Shown here one piece after another: positions 47,645 through 62,142 of a stretch of 64,000 nucleotides of DNA (the first letter of the stretch is position 1; every line of letters starts with the position of its first letter). The stretch lies in the NCBI GenBank assembly GCA_040758135.1, contig JBFLWA010000005.1, positions 73,102 through 137,101 of the forward strand, read 5' to 3'. This DNA comes from Bacillota bacterium (GTDB taxonomy: Bacteria; Bacillota; Sulfobacillia; JBFLWA01). The notes below the pieces were generated by a model, which was given only the letters and a program-made list of their open reading frames with translations, was not told where the DNA came from and made no database searches. A program made the position numbers and the translations under genes.

Positions 47645-48055
47645 TTACTCGATGCCGACAGCCCGCAGCCGGGCCATGGCCCGTCGGAGAGCCGCCTCGG
47701 CCCGGATCTGGTCGGTTTCCTCGTCATCGAGCCCTTCACCGGCCAGTCGAGCCTCCGCCCGCTGCCTGGCCGACTTGGCCCGCTCCACATCGATCTCGGA
47801 CGCCAACTCGGCGGTTTCGGCCAGGATAGTAATCTTCTCAGGCGTGACCTCCATGAAGCCACCGCTGACCGCCATGCGCTCCTCGTTCTCCTCGATACGG
47901 GCCCTGAGCACCCAAGGCTGCAGAGCAGTGACCAGAGGAGTATGGCCGCGCAGGACACCGATGTCGCCATCGATGGCCCGGGCGATGACCATCTCCACTT
48001 CCCGGCTGTAGACCTTGCGCTCCGGGGTCACTACTTCCAAGAGGATTCCCTTCAT
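47645..48055 (-). CDS. atpC: F0F1 ATP synthase epsilon subunit
   Basis: 136 aa; the typical epsilon N-terminal beta-sandwich sequence. Confidence 0.9.
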   Translation of the reverse strand: MKGILLEVVTPERKVYSREVEMVIARAIDGDIGVLRGHTPLVTALQPWVLRARIEENEERMAVSGGFMEVTPEKITILAETAELASEIDVERAKSARQRAEARLAGEGLDDEETDQIRAEAALRRAMARLRAVGIE

Positions 48056-48058
48056 GCG

Positions 48059-50340
<2,282 letters not shown>

Positions 50341-50351
50341 GCGGCTTCACC

Positions 50352-51859
<1,508 letters not shown>

Positions 51860-51863
<4 letters not shown>

Positions 51864-52423
51864 TCTTTCACCCCTAGCTCTGATACGTGGATTTCCTGCA
51901 GTCTATCTTTGAGGCGGGCCAGACGCCCGGCGATGCTGCCATCGTAGACCCGGTCGCCGATGCGGACCACCAGCCCACCGATGATTTTCGCATCCACTTC
52001 TCTGGTCAGGCTCACTGACCGCCCAGTCTGAGCGGTCAACTTGCTGACCAGGTTATTCTCTTCTTCGGCGGTGAGGTCCACGGCCGAGGTGACGGTGACG
52101 GCAATAGCCTCGGTATCACCGAGGGCTAGAGTCTGATAGCGCTGGATGATTGCCCTGAGGTAGTCAATGCGACCCTTGACGATGAGCAGCCGGAGAAAGG
52201 CTAGCGTCACGCGGCTCTCCAGAATTGGGGCTTCATTGAGGATGTCGCTCTTGTCAGCGGCCGAAAGGCGCGGGTCGTGCCAGAGGTCCTCCAGCTCCGG
52301 ACTGGCGTCGAGAGCAGCCTGAAGCCGCTCCAAAGCCTGGCTGACCTCAGCCTGAGCCTGGCGCTCGACCGCCAAGTCATACAGGGCCCGCGCGTAGCGG
52401 TCAGCTATTTGGTCAGTCCGCAT
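51860..52423 (-). CDS. atpH: F0F1 ATP synthase delta subunit (OSCP)
   Basis: Start refined to ATG 52423 ([17 protein letters not shown]...); 4-nt overlap with atpA. Confidence 0.85.
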
Positions 52424-52901
52424 GTCCGCCCATCCCTTCGATGACCTCACTCACCAACTGGTGATGGGTGGCGGCATCGAGCTCGCGGCCAATGACCTTC
52501 CCGCTGGCCAAGACTACCAGGGCACTGATCTCGTCGCGCAGTGCGGCCAGGGCCTTGTCCCGCTCGAGGCTGATCTCGGCCCGGGCCCGCTCCACTGTCC
52601 TGGCGGCCAGATCCCGGGCTTCAGCCAGAATATCCTCGCTAGCCGCCTGGGCCTGCTTCTTGCCGGCCTCGATGATCTGGCGGGCTTCCTGACGCGCCTC
52701 TTCGAGGAGCTTTTTCTGCTCCTCCACCAGGCGGGCTGCGTCGGCCCGGTCGCGCTCGGCCTCCTCAATCTGGCGGGCCACGCTCTCCGCCCGCTGGTTC
52801 AGGAACTGGGTGACCGGGCGGAAGAGAATCTTCCGCAAGATCAGGAACAGGATCAGGAAATTGATGAGCTGAAGCAAAAGTGTTAAGTTGAATTCCAGCA
52901 T
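52413..52901 (-). CDS. atpF: F0F1 ATP synthase subunit b
   Basis: Start refined to ATG 52901 (MLEFNLTLLLQLINFLILFLIL...) after GGAGGA. Single TM segment plus a long charged helix. Confidence 0.85.
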   Translation of the reverse strand: MLEFNLTLLLQLINFLILFLILRKILFRPVTQFLNQRAESVARQIEEAERDRADAARLVEEQKKLLEEARQEARQIIEAGKKQAQAASEDILAEARDLAARTVERARAEISLERDKALAALRDEISALVVLASGKVIGRELDAATHHQLVSEVIEGMGGHAD

Positions 52902-52990
52902 CCTGGATCCTCCCTTTCTGGGGGGATGAGCAATGCAGCAATACGACGGGGCCCGGCCCCGGGCCCCGCCCATAGCCCTTCCGGGCTGGC

Positions 52991-53961
<971 letters not shown>

Positions 53962-54365
53962 CGGTCAAATTACCCCGCCGGCGGCTCAGCCAGCTGCCAG
54001 CGGCCGTCATCCATATCGCGATACGCAAGCTAAATAACCCGGCGATAACACCCCAGAAATTCAGGCTGGAGTTAAGGTAGGCCACAGCCAGAATCCCTGC
54101 CACCAGGGCATAGCGCACTGCATAGTTGCCGAAGGTGTGCAGTTGGGCCTGTCTCTTGCTCATGCCTAGCGAGCGGTGAGCCACCAGGGCTATAACGCGC
54201 AAGTGGAGAACGGCCACACAGCCCCCCGTAAGAACCCCAAGGGCTGCCGGCCAGTCTCCAAAGGCCAGGGAAGTCGCAACGAGCAGTGCCATCACCAGCA
54301 AGGTCCGCCCAGCCAAGGCGCGGTAGACGGCGGCTACATTATCCCACTGGTCTGGCATCTGTCCC

Positions 54366-54596
54366 TCACTTCTCGACTCTCTCGATCAGTCTCATTGCGA
54401 CACGGTAAGCCCCCCAGAAACCAGAGGCAACACCGACAGTCAGACCCACAACAGTTAAAACATAACCTGTGTTTAGCTTGGCGTCAAGCCTGTGCCCCAC
54501 AAAAAAACCAATATAGATGGAGGCACTGATGATCAGCCCGATGTAGGTCACCAGGCTGATCGTGGCCAGGGCCTTCGTCCATTCACTCCATTTCAT
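54366..54596 (-). CDS. atpZ: AtpZ/AtpI-family small membrane protein
   Basis: Likely start ATG 54596 (MKWSEWTKALATISLVTYIGLIISASIYIGFFVGHRLD...), ~76 aa, two TM helices, first gene of the atp cluster. Confidence 0.5.
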   Translation of the reverse strand: MKWSEWTKALATISLVTYIGLIISASIYIGFFVGHRLDAKLNTGYVLTVVGLTVGVASGFWGAYRVAMRLIERVEK

Positions 54597-54764
54597 CGCC
54601 GCCACCCAAAACCTCGCCGGAATCGCGGAACTCCTGCTTCGCCCGGGAGGTGATCTCCCATCCAATTATGCCCATACCCAGGCATGGAAAACCCGTCGGC
54701 CATCATGTGCGCCTCCTTACGCCTATCGTTGGCGCGAGAAACCGGGTGGCCAGCCACCCGTCTG

Positions 54765-56033
54765 CTAGTCGTCGCCCCGCAAGTCAACCCGGGAAACATC
54801 GGCTCCCAGCTCTCTGAGTTTTTCAGCCATACGCTCATAGCCACGGTCTACATGCTCAATGTTGCTGATGACCGTCTCACCATCGGCCGATAGGCCAGCC
54901 ACAATGAGGGCAGCCCCGGCCCGCAGGTCGGTAGCCTGGACCGGCGCCCCGCTCAGCCGGGGGATGCCCTCGATGATCGCCGTGCGGCCCTCCACGCGGA
55001 TATTGGCCCCCATACGGTTGAGCTCGTTCACAAACCTAAACCGGTCTTCCCAGATAGTCTCGGTGACCAGGCTGGTACCCTCGGCTGTAGTCAGGAAAGC
55101 CGTCATTGGCTGCTGGGCATCGGTGGGGAACCCAGGGTAAGGAAGTGTTTTGATATTCACCGCCCGGGGACGGCCGTTGCCGACCACTCTGATGCTGTCG
55201 CCATTCTCCATCACCTGGACACCCGACTCCGCCAGCTTGGCTGTGACCGGGTCGAGGTGCTTGGGAATCACATTCTCAACCACTACCTCACCACCGGTGG
55301 TAGCTGCCGCAATCATATAGGTGGCCGCCTCAATCTCATCGGGGATTACCGAATGCTGGACCCCGGATAGTGATTCCACTCCCCTGATCTTGATGACTTC
55401 GGTACCGGCCCCCTGAATACGGGCTCCGGCTGCATTGAGGTAGTTGGCCAGATCCACAATATGTGATTCTTTAGCTGCGTTCTCGATAACCGTAGTTCCC
55501 TCAGCCAGTGATGCAGCGAGCATAATATTGATGGTGGCACCAACACTGACCACATCGAGGTAAATGGTAGTCCCCACTAGCCGGTCGGCCCAAGCCTTGA
55601 TAACCCCGTGCTCGAGGCTAACCTCGGCGCCCAGGGCCCTAAATCCCTTGAGATGCTGGTCGATGGGGCGGGGACCAATGTCGCAGCCTCCGGGCATCCC
55701 CACCTCAGCCCGGCCGTAGCGCGCCAGAAAGACACCCAGTAGGTAGTAGGAGGCTCGCATCCGCTTACACAGATCGTACGGTCCGGCTGTATCGATCGAG
55801 CCCGCGCCGGGGTTGACCCGGAGGGTGCCATTGACCAGCGTGGCATCGGCACCGACCGCCCGAAGGATATCAGTATAGACCCGCACATCCTCTATGTGCG
55901 GGAGGTTCTCAATTACGCTCTCTCCCTCAGCCAGCAGGGTGGCGGGAATTACTGCTAGCGCTGAATTCTTGCGCCCACCGGCCCGTACGCGTCCCCTGAG
56001 CTGTTTATTCCCTCTGATAACCAGCTGTCCCAA
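54765..56033 (-). CDS. murA: UDP-N-acetylglucosamine 1-carboxyvinyltransferase
   Basis: Start refined to TTG 56033 (MGQLVIRGNKQLRGRVRAGGRKNSALAVIPATLLAEG...) with GGAGGT 7 nt upstream. Strong MurA/EPSP-synthase-fold similarity throughout. Confidence 0.9.
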   Translation of the reverse strand: MGQLVIRGNKQLRGRVRAGGRKNSALAVIPATLLAEGESVIENLPHIEDVRVYTDILRAVGADATLVNGTLRVNPGAGSIDTAGPYDLCKRMRASYYLLGVFLARYGRAEVGMPGGCDIGPRPIDQHLKGFRALGAEVSLEHGVIKAWADRLVGTTIYLDVVSVGATINIMLAASLAEGTTVIENAAKESHIVDLANYLNAAGARIQGAGTEVIKIRGVESLSGVQHSVIPDEIEAATYMIAAATTGGEVVVENVIPKHLDPVTAKLAESGVQVMENGDSIRVVGNGRPRAVNIKTLPYPGFPTDAQQPMTAFLTTAEGTSLVTETIWEDRFRFVNELNRMGANIRVEGRTAIIEGIPRLSGAPVQATDLRAGAALIVAGLSADGETVISNIEHVDRGYERMAEKLRELGADVSRVDLRGDD

Positions 56034-56083
56034 AGCCCTAACCTCCGACAATGGTCTATTCGCTCTGTGTCTATTCGGCAAGC

Positions 56084-56938
56084 TCACCCGGTTTCCTCCA
56101 GAAGCCACCGGGTCCAGGCTTCCTCCAGCGACTGGCCGCTTAAGCCGATCTCCTCAGCCAGTACCTGTTGAAAGGGGTGCCCCTGACCCAGGCGGGCCAG
56201 GATGCGGGCCAGTCCCTCTTCACCGATACGATCCACCATGAGGGTGACCAGGGATAGCGACTGGCGGTAGGCCAGCGCTTGATCGGTGAGACGGTCAAAC
56301 GCGGTAGTCAGTTCCCGGAGGCTATACCGCTCCAGGGTGAGGTCAACCCGCGGCGAGATCCACTCATAGCCGGTGAGCTCCCGCTCGACATATTGCGCCA
56401 CTCCCTCAGTGAACCACCGCGGGTAGTTGCCCGCTGAATAGTAATCCATGATCAGGTGGGTCAGTTCGTGCACCATGGGACCCTGTCGTTCAAAGGTCCT
56501 TCGGCCGCCCAGGCTGAGGGGATCGGCGATGTAGGCCTTGGGTGATAATACCCGGATCAGTCCGGCCCAGTAGACTCCGACCGCGTTGCGCTCGTGCTCC
56601 CAGCCGAGGGCTTTAGCCAGCGATGCCTGATCAGGATGGATCACTACCGTTACTTCCGGTAGCTGAGCCCGGAGCATCTCGCTGAGGCGACCCCGATACT
56701 TCTCAATGGTCTGCGCCACCAGCCCGACCACCTCTTCGTCTGCGGGCTCGAAGTAGATGCGGTAGCCGGTACCCTCGTATACCAAGTTGTCGCGCAGGCT
56801 GCGGTAGGCCCAGAAACGGGCCGCCTCCCGCGCCGTGCTGTAGAGGGCAGTCTGTCCGAGGGCTGCCAGGCGGGCCGGGCCAAGAATTGCAGCAGCCAAA
56901 ACGACTGTCAGCAAAAGCAATAGCGATAGGCGTTTCAC
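56084..56938 (-). CDS. putative secreted/membrane-anchored zinc metallopeptidase (HExxH, peptidase MA-like)
   Basis: Likely GTG start at 56938 after GGAGGAG (MKRLSLLLLLTVVLAAAILG signal/anchor). HELTHLIMDYY...E motif. Confidence 0.45.
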   Translation of the reverse strand: MKRLSLLLLLTVVLAAAILGPARLAALGQTALYSTAREAARFWAYRSLRDNLVYEGTGYRIYFEPADEEVVGLVAQTIEKYRGRLSEMLRAQLPEVTVVIHPDQASLAKALGWEHERNAVGVYWAGLIRVLSPKAYIADPLSLGGRRTFERQGPMVHELTHLIMDYYSAGNYPRWFTEGVAQYVERELTGYEWISPRVDLTLERYSLRELTTAFDRLTDQALAYRQSLSLVTLMVDRIGEEGLARILARLGQGHPFQQVLAEEIGLSGQSLEEAWTRWLLEETG

Positions 56939-57023
56939 CGGCCAATCTCCTCCCAGCACAGTACTTAACATAATTATACCAGCTGGGAGGTGATAAGCTC
57001 ATTGATTCTTACTGGAACAGATG

Positions 57024-58931
57024 CTAACGGATGGTAAGATAGTTGTCAATTATAATCCAATCTGTATCCAGTGCCCGAGACCAAGATTGCATCTTCCTGA
57101 GCAGCGGCTGGGCTGCTGCTCCGGTCAACACCGTGGGCTGGTCCTCGATGATCTCCCCTACATAGATGCGAGGGTTGCGGATCCCTTCCCGCGTGACATC
57201 CATCCGGAGGACCATCGTATCACGAAAGCGGGTACTGTCCTGGTCGTACAGGAAATTGCCCATGCTGTAGGCGATAATCGCGCCGCGGTAGATCTCGACC
57301 CCCTGCAACACATGGGGATGCTGGCCAAGGATAGACGCAGCACCGGCATCGATGAGGCGGTATGCCAGCTGCCGCTGGTCGTAACCGGTATGCGGGTCGA
57401 CAGATACCTCGTGACTACCCTCGACTCCCCAGTGGAGGGAGACGAAGATATGGTCGCCCCGGGGTACCGCCAGGCTGAGGTCGTGGAGGATGTCTCGCTC
57501 CCGGAGCATGGGGTTGCCGGGAAGAGTCTCGGTGGCCTCGAAGCTCCGCCGGTAGTCCCAGTCCCAAAAGATTTCGGCCATGGCATTATAGGCTAGGAAA
57601 CCCAGTTTGAGCCCCTTAATCTCTACCCAGGCTGGGGCCCGGGCGGTGGTGATGTTCTCCCCGGCACCGCAGTAGTTGATACCATGCTCAGCCAGCACAT
57701 CAAAGGTCTGGAGAAGCGAGGGGGAGTCGTAGTCGAGGATGTGGTTGTTGGCCAGGGACACCACATCAATTCCGGCCCTGGTGAGGACACCCACCGATTC
57801 CGGTGTCCCCCGGAGCCAAATCCCCTTCTTGGGCGGCAGTCGGGTGCCACTGGTGGACAGGGCCGCTTCCAGGTTGGCAAAGGTCAGGTCGGCACTGGCC
57901 ATCAGCTGGTTGACCTTGGCCAGAGGGTAATCCAAGCCGTGTTCAGCAATGCGCCGCTGGATCCGCCGGCCGGTCATCACATCGCCTACAGCCAGGAAGT
58001 CGACAGTCCCCGTCCCCCCAGCGGCTGGCTTGGACTCGGGGTTGACCCAGGTAGGCCGGGTAATCCACTCGGGCACATCAAAGGGTGGTCTGTTTCCAAT
58101 GGGCGAGCCGTTGACCGTGATCCTCACCCGCTCCACCCCAGGCAGCTCGGTAATGGTCATAACCAGCAGGTCAACCAGGAGTCTGGCTCCAGCCTCATTT
58201 CCTCGGAAATTGTCCACAAACTCCCGGGAGAGATCCAGGGTAAAATCCCGGCCACTGACCCGGCAATCCACAATCTTGGTCCCTGGCGGAAAGGTGGCAG
58301 CCATCAGCTGGGCCCCGGGTCCGCTGACGAAGATCGCCCGGAAGAGGGCCACCGCATCGCCGGCCGCGGCCGAGGTGGCTGAGTCGGACAATGGCTGCAT
58401 GGCCAGGTAGGTTCGCTGACCAATGGTGGCCGGACGCCACAGGTGGATGCGGGAACGCCAGGTATCGAGATCCACCGCCATGGCCAGGTCAGCCGGGACG
58501 GCCGCACCGCCTTCGGGGCTAACCCGAAAGCTCCGAAGCTCGGTGAACTGGGCCAGGGTAGCGGTCAGCAGGTCTTTCCACGTTCCCGACGGCGGGTTGG
58601 CTGCCGTCGGCAGGGCAATATCGAGAAAGGCGACGCCATTCCGGTACATCACCTTGCGCAATTCGTACGGACTGGGCCGACTGAGCCCGGAACCGCTCTC
58701 CGGGCCGCGGTTCAGCCCGTCGAGAGCCGCCCAGACCAGAGCCTTAGTAGCCGGGACAGTGCGGGTCACCGGCACTAGCCAACCCTCGGGCGACAGGAAG
58801 TAGAGGAGGAAGGTCGACCCTTCGCCCACCACTCCCGGCGGACGGTAATCAACGGTCAGGCTGTACCCGGCTAGACGGCAGCCGGCCGTGAGGAAGATAA
58901 CCAGAGTCCACAGGATGGCTCGCTTCAGCAT
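57024..58931 (-). CDS. lipoprotein with two GerMN (germination/sporulation) domains fused to a CapA/PGA-type metallophosphatase domain
   Basis: 635 aa. Lipobox MLKRAILWTLVIFLTAGC. N-terminal ~300 aa has GerM-like repeats. C-terminal ~340 aa has CapA-family blocks (FLAVGDVMTGRRI, VVSLANNHILDYD, GQHPHVLQG). Confidence 0.6.
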   Translation of the reverse strand: MLKRAILWTLVIFLTAGCRLAGYSLTVDYRPPGVVGEGSTFLLYFLSPEGWLVPVTRTVPATKALVWAALDGLNRGPESGSGLSRPSPYELRKVMYRNGVAFLDIALPTAANPPSGTWKDLLTATLAQFTELRSFRVSPEGGAAVPADLAMAVDLDTWRSRIHLWRPATIGQRTYLAMQPLSDSATSAAAGDAVALFRAIFVSGPGAQLMAATFPPGTKIVDCRVSGRDFTLDLSREFVDNFRGNEAGARLLVDLLVMTITELPGVERVRITVNGSPIGNRPPFDVPEWITRPTWVNPESKPAAGGTGTVDFLAVGDVMTGRRIQRRIAEHGLDYPLAKVNQLMASADLTFANLEAALSTSGTRLPPKKGIWLRGTPESVGVLTRAGIDVVSLANNHILDYDSPSLLQTFDVLAEHGINYCGAGENITTARAPAWVEIKGLKLGFLAYNAMAEIFWDWDYRRSFEATETLPGNPMLRERDILHDLSLAVPRGDHIFVSLHWGVEGSHEVSVDPHTGYDQRQLAYRLIDAGAASILGQHPHVLQGVEIYRGAIIAYSMGNFLYDQDSTRFRDTMVLRMDVTREGIRNPRIYVGEIIEDQPTVLTGAAAQPLLRKMQSWSRALDTDWIIIDNYLTIR

Positions 58932-59011
58932 GTCTTATCCCTTCCTTCCTCACCATGGAAAAGAAGCAGGGCGCCCCGGCGCCCCACTTCGGTGGCTGCA
59001 TGTTGGTGAGC

Positions 59012-60418
59012 TCATTTCGGGTAGTAAGTTATGGGATCGACGGCGGTACCATCGACCCGTACCTCAAAGTGCAGGTGCGATCCTGTGCTGCGTCCGCCCA
59101 ACCTAACGTCATAGCTATTGCCGACCAGAGCGATCTCCTGCTGCTTGGTAACGATGTCGCCCACCTTCACCAGGAGCTTAGAGCAGTGGCCGTAAACAGT
59201 AACCAGGTGACCCCGGCCGTGGTCGATCTTAACTGTCCACCCCAGGGCGGTCCAGCCGGCCTCGACTACGGTGCCGCTATCCGCGGCCTTGATGGGAGTG
59301 CCGGTTGGGGCGGCAATGTCGATACCGTAGTGAAAACCGCTTCTCCGCCACCCGAACCCGGAGGTGATAGTCCCCACCACCGGCCAGATGAACTGTCCGG
59401 TTCCCCGGTCGGGAATCTGCTTGGTGCCGACCAGCACCACCTGGGTAACCGGCTGGCGCAATGTGCGCGAACTCAAAACAGTGCGGCTTACTTCCCGGCC
59501 GTTCCGCCGGGCAATGGAGACAGTCTTCTCCCGCAAGCCGTTCTGCCCATAGGTCTGGATGACCCGCTCCCAGGGCCACTTGGTGGGGTCTTCGACGGTC
59601 CCTGTGCTAAAACCGATGGCTTCGGTATAGGTCCGTTCCTCAGTGGTGACAACCGTCAGGTAGGGTTGGGGTTTTACCAGTTTAATGGTCTGCCCGGGAC
59701 GGATGAGGTTAGGCTTGATCTCGGGGTTGGCAGCCGACAGGTCACTGACGGTCAGACCATTGGCTGCCGCAATGCTCCACAGCGTCTCGCCTCGTTGAAC
59801 CGTGCGCTCCTGGATGACCTCATAACCCTGCTCCAGAATGTTCCGGGCCTGCTCCGGGGTTTTGATGAGAGATACCCGGACCCCGCTCTCCAGGATTTTG
59901 TACGATTCCTCAAACCTGGCCGAGGTCAGTATGCTCCCATTGCTGCTTGCTAGCTGCTTGTAGTGCTCCATGATGTCGGAGAGGATCTGCTCGGCCTCGG
60001 CGGCACTGGCCAGCGCGACCACATTGCGGCCACCGACCAGTATGTAGGCACCCTTAGTTAGCAGTGGCAGTGCATCAGCGAGCTTCTGTCTGAGAACCTC
60101 ACCAGTGTCAATTGGGGTATCGGCCGGCAGACGGTCTCGGCGGAAGCGAACCTCGCCGGAGACCCAGACCTCGTCCCCGTAGATAGCCTGGGCTTCTGCG
60201 GTGAGCTGGGCGATGATGGTTCGTACTTCACGGCTGGTCTTGACCCAGGCTACCGTACTGCCATCAAAGGTAACCGCGTAGGTGGCGGTCGTGTTGACAA
60301 CGAACAGGGTAAGGGCCAGCAGAGCGATGCCCAGAGCGGCCAGCTTGACGCGGTTCACCCGGTACTTCGGTTTTGGTAGTACGGAGTGCGGTTGGGGCGT
60401 AGCCAACGGGTTACTCAA
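59012..60418 (-). CDS. membrane-anchored LysM + M23 (LytM-type) peptidoglycan metalloendopeptidase
   Basis: 468 aa, TTG start after GGAAGGAGGG. TM anchor; LysM (RGETLWSIAAANGLTVSDLSAANPEIKPNLIRPGQTIKL); M23 block (GFHYGIDIAAPTGTPIKAADSGTVVEAGW...GHLVTVYGHCSKLLVKVGD). Confidence 0.75.
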   Translation of the reverse strand: MSNPLATPQPHSVLPKPKYRVNRVKLAALGIALLALTLFVVNTTATYAVTFDGSTVAWVKTSREVRTIIAQLTAEAQAIYGDEVWVSGEVRFRRDRLPADTPIDTGEVLRQKLADALPLLTKGAYILVGGRNVVALASAAEAEQILSDIMEHYKQLASSNGSILTSARFEESYKILESGVRVSLIKTPEQARNILEQGYEVIQERTVQRGETLWSIAAANGLTVSDLSAANPEIKPNLIRPGQTIKLVKPQPYLTVVTTEERTYTEAIGFSTGTVEDPTKWPWERVIQTYGQNGLREKTVSIARRNGREVSRTVLSSRTLRQPVTQVVLVGTKQIPDRGTGQFIWPVVGTITSGFGWRRSGFHYGIDIAAPTGTPIKAADSGTVVEAGWTALGWTVKIDHGRGHLVTVYGHCSKLLVKVGDIVTKQQEIALVGNSYDVRLGGRSTGSHLHFEVRVDGTAVDPITYYPK

Positions 60419-60525
60419 CTTGGCCCTCCTTCCATCGCCAGAAGCCTGGAAAGACTGGTTTCTCCCAATCGGCAGCTAAATCCTGCTGCTGCTGGCCAGT
60501 ATCGTTGGGCAAAGATATTATTGCC

Positions 60526-61881
60526 TTAACTCTCGGCGACCAATTCCCCCCTTCTGGCTTGCAGGTAAAGGGCCAGTTCGATGCGCCTCTTCTGCATCTC
60601 ACAGCCCAGGGCATAAGGCTCTGATACTGTGCCATTGAACAGATCGGCATTCGCATGACACCCACCGCCGCAGTAGAACTGGGCCCAGCATTCACGGCAG
60701 GTTGGCTTACTGCGGGCGTGGGTCAGCCGGAGCTGTTCGGTGAGGTCCGGCCGCTCAATCCCGGTTTCCAGGGTGCCCAGGCGATACTTGCTCCGGCCCA
60801 CGAACTGGTGGCAGGGAAACAACTCGCCGGCGGGCGTGACCACCAGGTACTCCCAGCCCGCCCCGCAACCGGTAATCCGCTTGGTGACACACGGGCCCGC
60901 GGCCGGCTCCAGGGCAAAGTGGAAAAAGGTGAACGGCGCCCCGGCTTCGGCTCGCTCGGCGCAGAACTCGGCCAGCCGATCATATTCGGCCAGGATCGCC
61001 GGCAGTTCCGCGTCTTGCAGGGCATGGCGGAAGTGCCCCTCGGCTACCACCGGTTCCAGAGAGATGATGTTAAACCCCTGTTCCACCAGGTACCTGGCGT
61101 CATTGGTGAAATCCAGATTGTGGCGGGTAAAGGTTCCCCTTACATAATAGTTCTGGCCTTGACGGCTCTTGACCATGGACCGGGAATTCTCCAGGATGAC
61201 CTGGTGGGTGGACTGGCCGCTCCGGGTCTTGCGCAGTCGGTTGTGGACTTCGGGACGGCCATCCAGGCTCAGCACTACGGCGATGCCCTTGTCGTTGAGG
61301 TATTCCTGCATTTCGCGGGTAAGGCCAAAGGCATTGGTCGTGACGGTAAAGCGGAAGGTTGCGCCCTTCTGGGTGCCGCACTCTTCGGCGTAGGCCACAG
61401 TCCGGCGCAGCACCTCGAAGTTCAGGGTGGGTTCTCCGCCGAAGAAATCGACATCAAAATGCCGGCGGTCGCTCCCGTGCTCCAGCAGGAAGTCGATGGC
61501 ACGCCGGGCGGTCTGCTCTGACATGAGGCCGCGGTCACTGCCAAAGGGCCCGCCCTCGGCGAAGCAGTAGCCACAGGCCAAATCACAATCGTGGGCCAGA
61601 TGCAGACACATGGCCTTGAAGCCACCGGGCTCGGGCTCGAACCCGTCAGGCACCGGACAGGGCGCGTCGACCAGACCCTGTTCACGCAGGGCCGTCAGCT
61701 CAGCCAGGACGGACGCCACCGCTGGTGGATCATGACTCGCCGATGCCCGGGCGAGCGCGGCTTCATCCCCAGCGCAGAAAGGCTCAACCAGCTCCCAGGC
61801 GAGGTCATCGACTTCGTGGAGGGATCCGGAGAAAACATCTAGTACGAATCGACGCCCAGCGACTGTAAAACGGTGGATCAT
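60526..61881 (-). CDS. scfB: radical SAM/SPASM thioether-crosslink-forming SCIFF peptide maturase
   Basis: Start refined to ATG 61881 (MIHRFTVAGRRFVLDVFSGSLHEVDD...) after GGAGGTGG. CxxxCxxC CLHLAHDCDLACGYC; C-terminal Cys-rich SPASM region; lies immediately downstream of a SCIFF precursor gene. Confidence 0.85.
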   Translation of the reverse strand: MIHRFTVAGRRFVLDVFSGSLHEVDDLAWELVEPFCAGDEAALARASASHDPPAVASVLAELTALREQGLVDAPCPVPDGFEPEPGGFKAMCLHLAHDCDLACGYCFAEGGPFGSDRGLMSEQTARRAIDFLLEHGSDRRHFDVDFFGGEPTLNFEVLRRTVAYAEECGTQKGATFRFTVTTNAFGLTREMQEYLNDKGIAVVLSLDGRPEVHNRLRKTRSGQSTHQVILENSRSMVKSRQGQNYYVRGTFTRHNLDFTNDARYLVEQGFNIISLEPVVAEGHFRHALQDAELPAILAEYDRLAEFCAERAEAGAPFTFFHFALEPAAGPCVTKRITGCGAGWEYLVVTPAGELFPCHQFVGRSKYRLGTLETGIERPDLTEQLRLTHARSKPTCRECWAQFYCGGGCHANADLFNGTVSEPYALGCEMQKRRIELALYLQARRGELVAES

Positions 61882-61912
61882 GGGGCCACCTCCGCTAGCA
61901 GCGATAAAGCAA

Positions 61913-61942
61913 CTCCCGTCAGGCGTCAGCCGCCAACGGGAG
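61913..61942 (-). terminator. intergenic stem-loop between scfA and scfB (candidate partial terminator/attenuator)
   Basis: CTCCCGT...ACGGGAG 7-bp stem with an internal GGCG/CGCC extension; weak U-tract downstream on the minus strand. Confidence 0.4.
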
Positions 61943-61973
61943 TACATTTCCGCGTTTTTGGGTAAAGTAAGAG

Positions 61974-62117
61974 TTAGCGCGGACAGACCTGATTGCCGAC
62001 GGTGCAGGATGTCTTACAGGCCGACTGGCATGAACTCTGGCAGGCGGCACAACGCTCGTCGACCTGAATATGCTTGATGGGAGCCTTGAGGACTGTCTTG
62101 ACATGCGTCTTTTTCAT
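61974..62117 (-). CDS. scfA: SCIFF (six-cysteines-in-forty-five) ranthipeptide precursor peptide
   Basis: Hand translation from ATG 62117 (AGGAGGG RBS 10 nt upstream): MKKTHVKTVLKAPIKHIQVDERCAACQSSCQSACKTSCTVGNQVCPR*. Six Cys and the CQSACKTSCTVGNQ core typical of the SCIFF family. Not in the ORF track (47 aa). Confidence 0.85.
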   Translation of the reverse strand: MKKTHVKTVLKAPIKHIQVDERCAACQSSCQSACKTSCTVGNQVCPR

Positions 62118-62142
62118 GGTCAGGATGTCCCTCCTGTTAGAT

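Noticed and set aside
60655-61521. 288-aa plus-strand ORF
   Set aside because: Antisense to the radical-SAM maturase scfB, which has clear CxxxCxxC and SPASM motifs.
61880-62104. Track ORFs 61880..62077 (+) and 61919..62104 (-) overlapping the SCIFF locus
   Set aside because: Neither is in the SCIFF frame. The true gene is the 47-codon frame 61974..62117 (-) with RBS and family-defining Cys motif; the listed ORFs lack RBSs and similarity.
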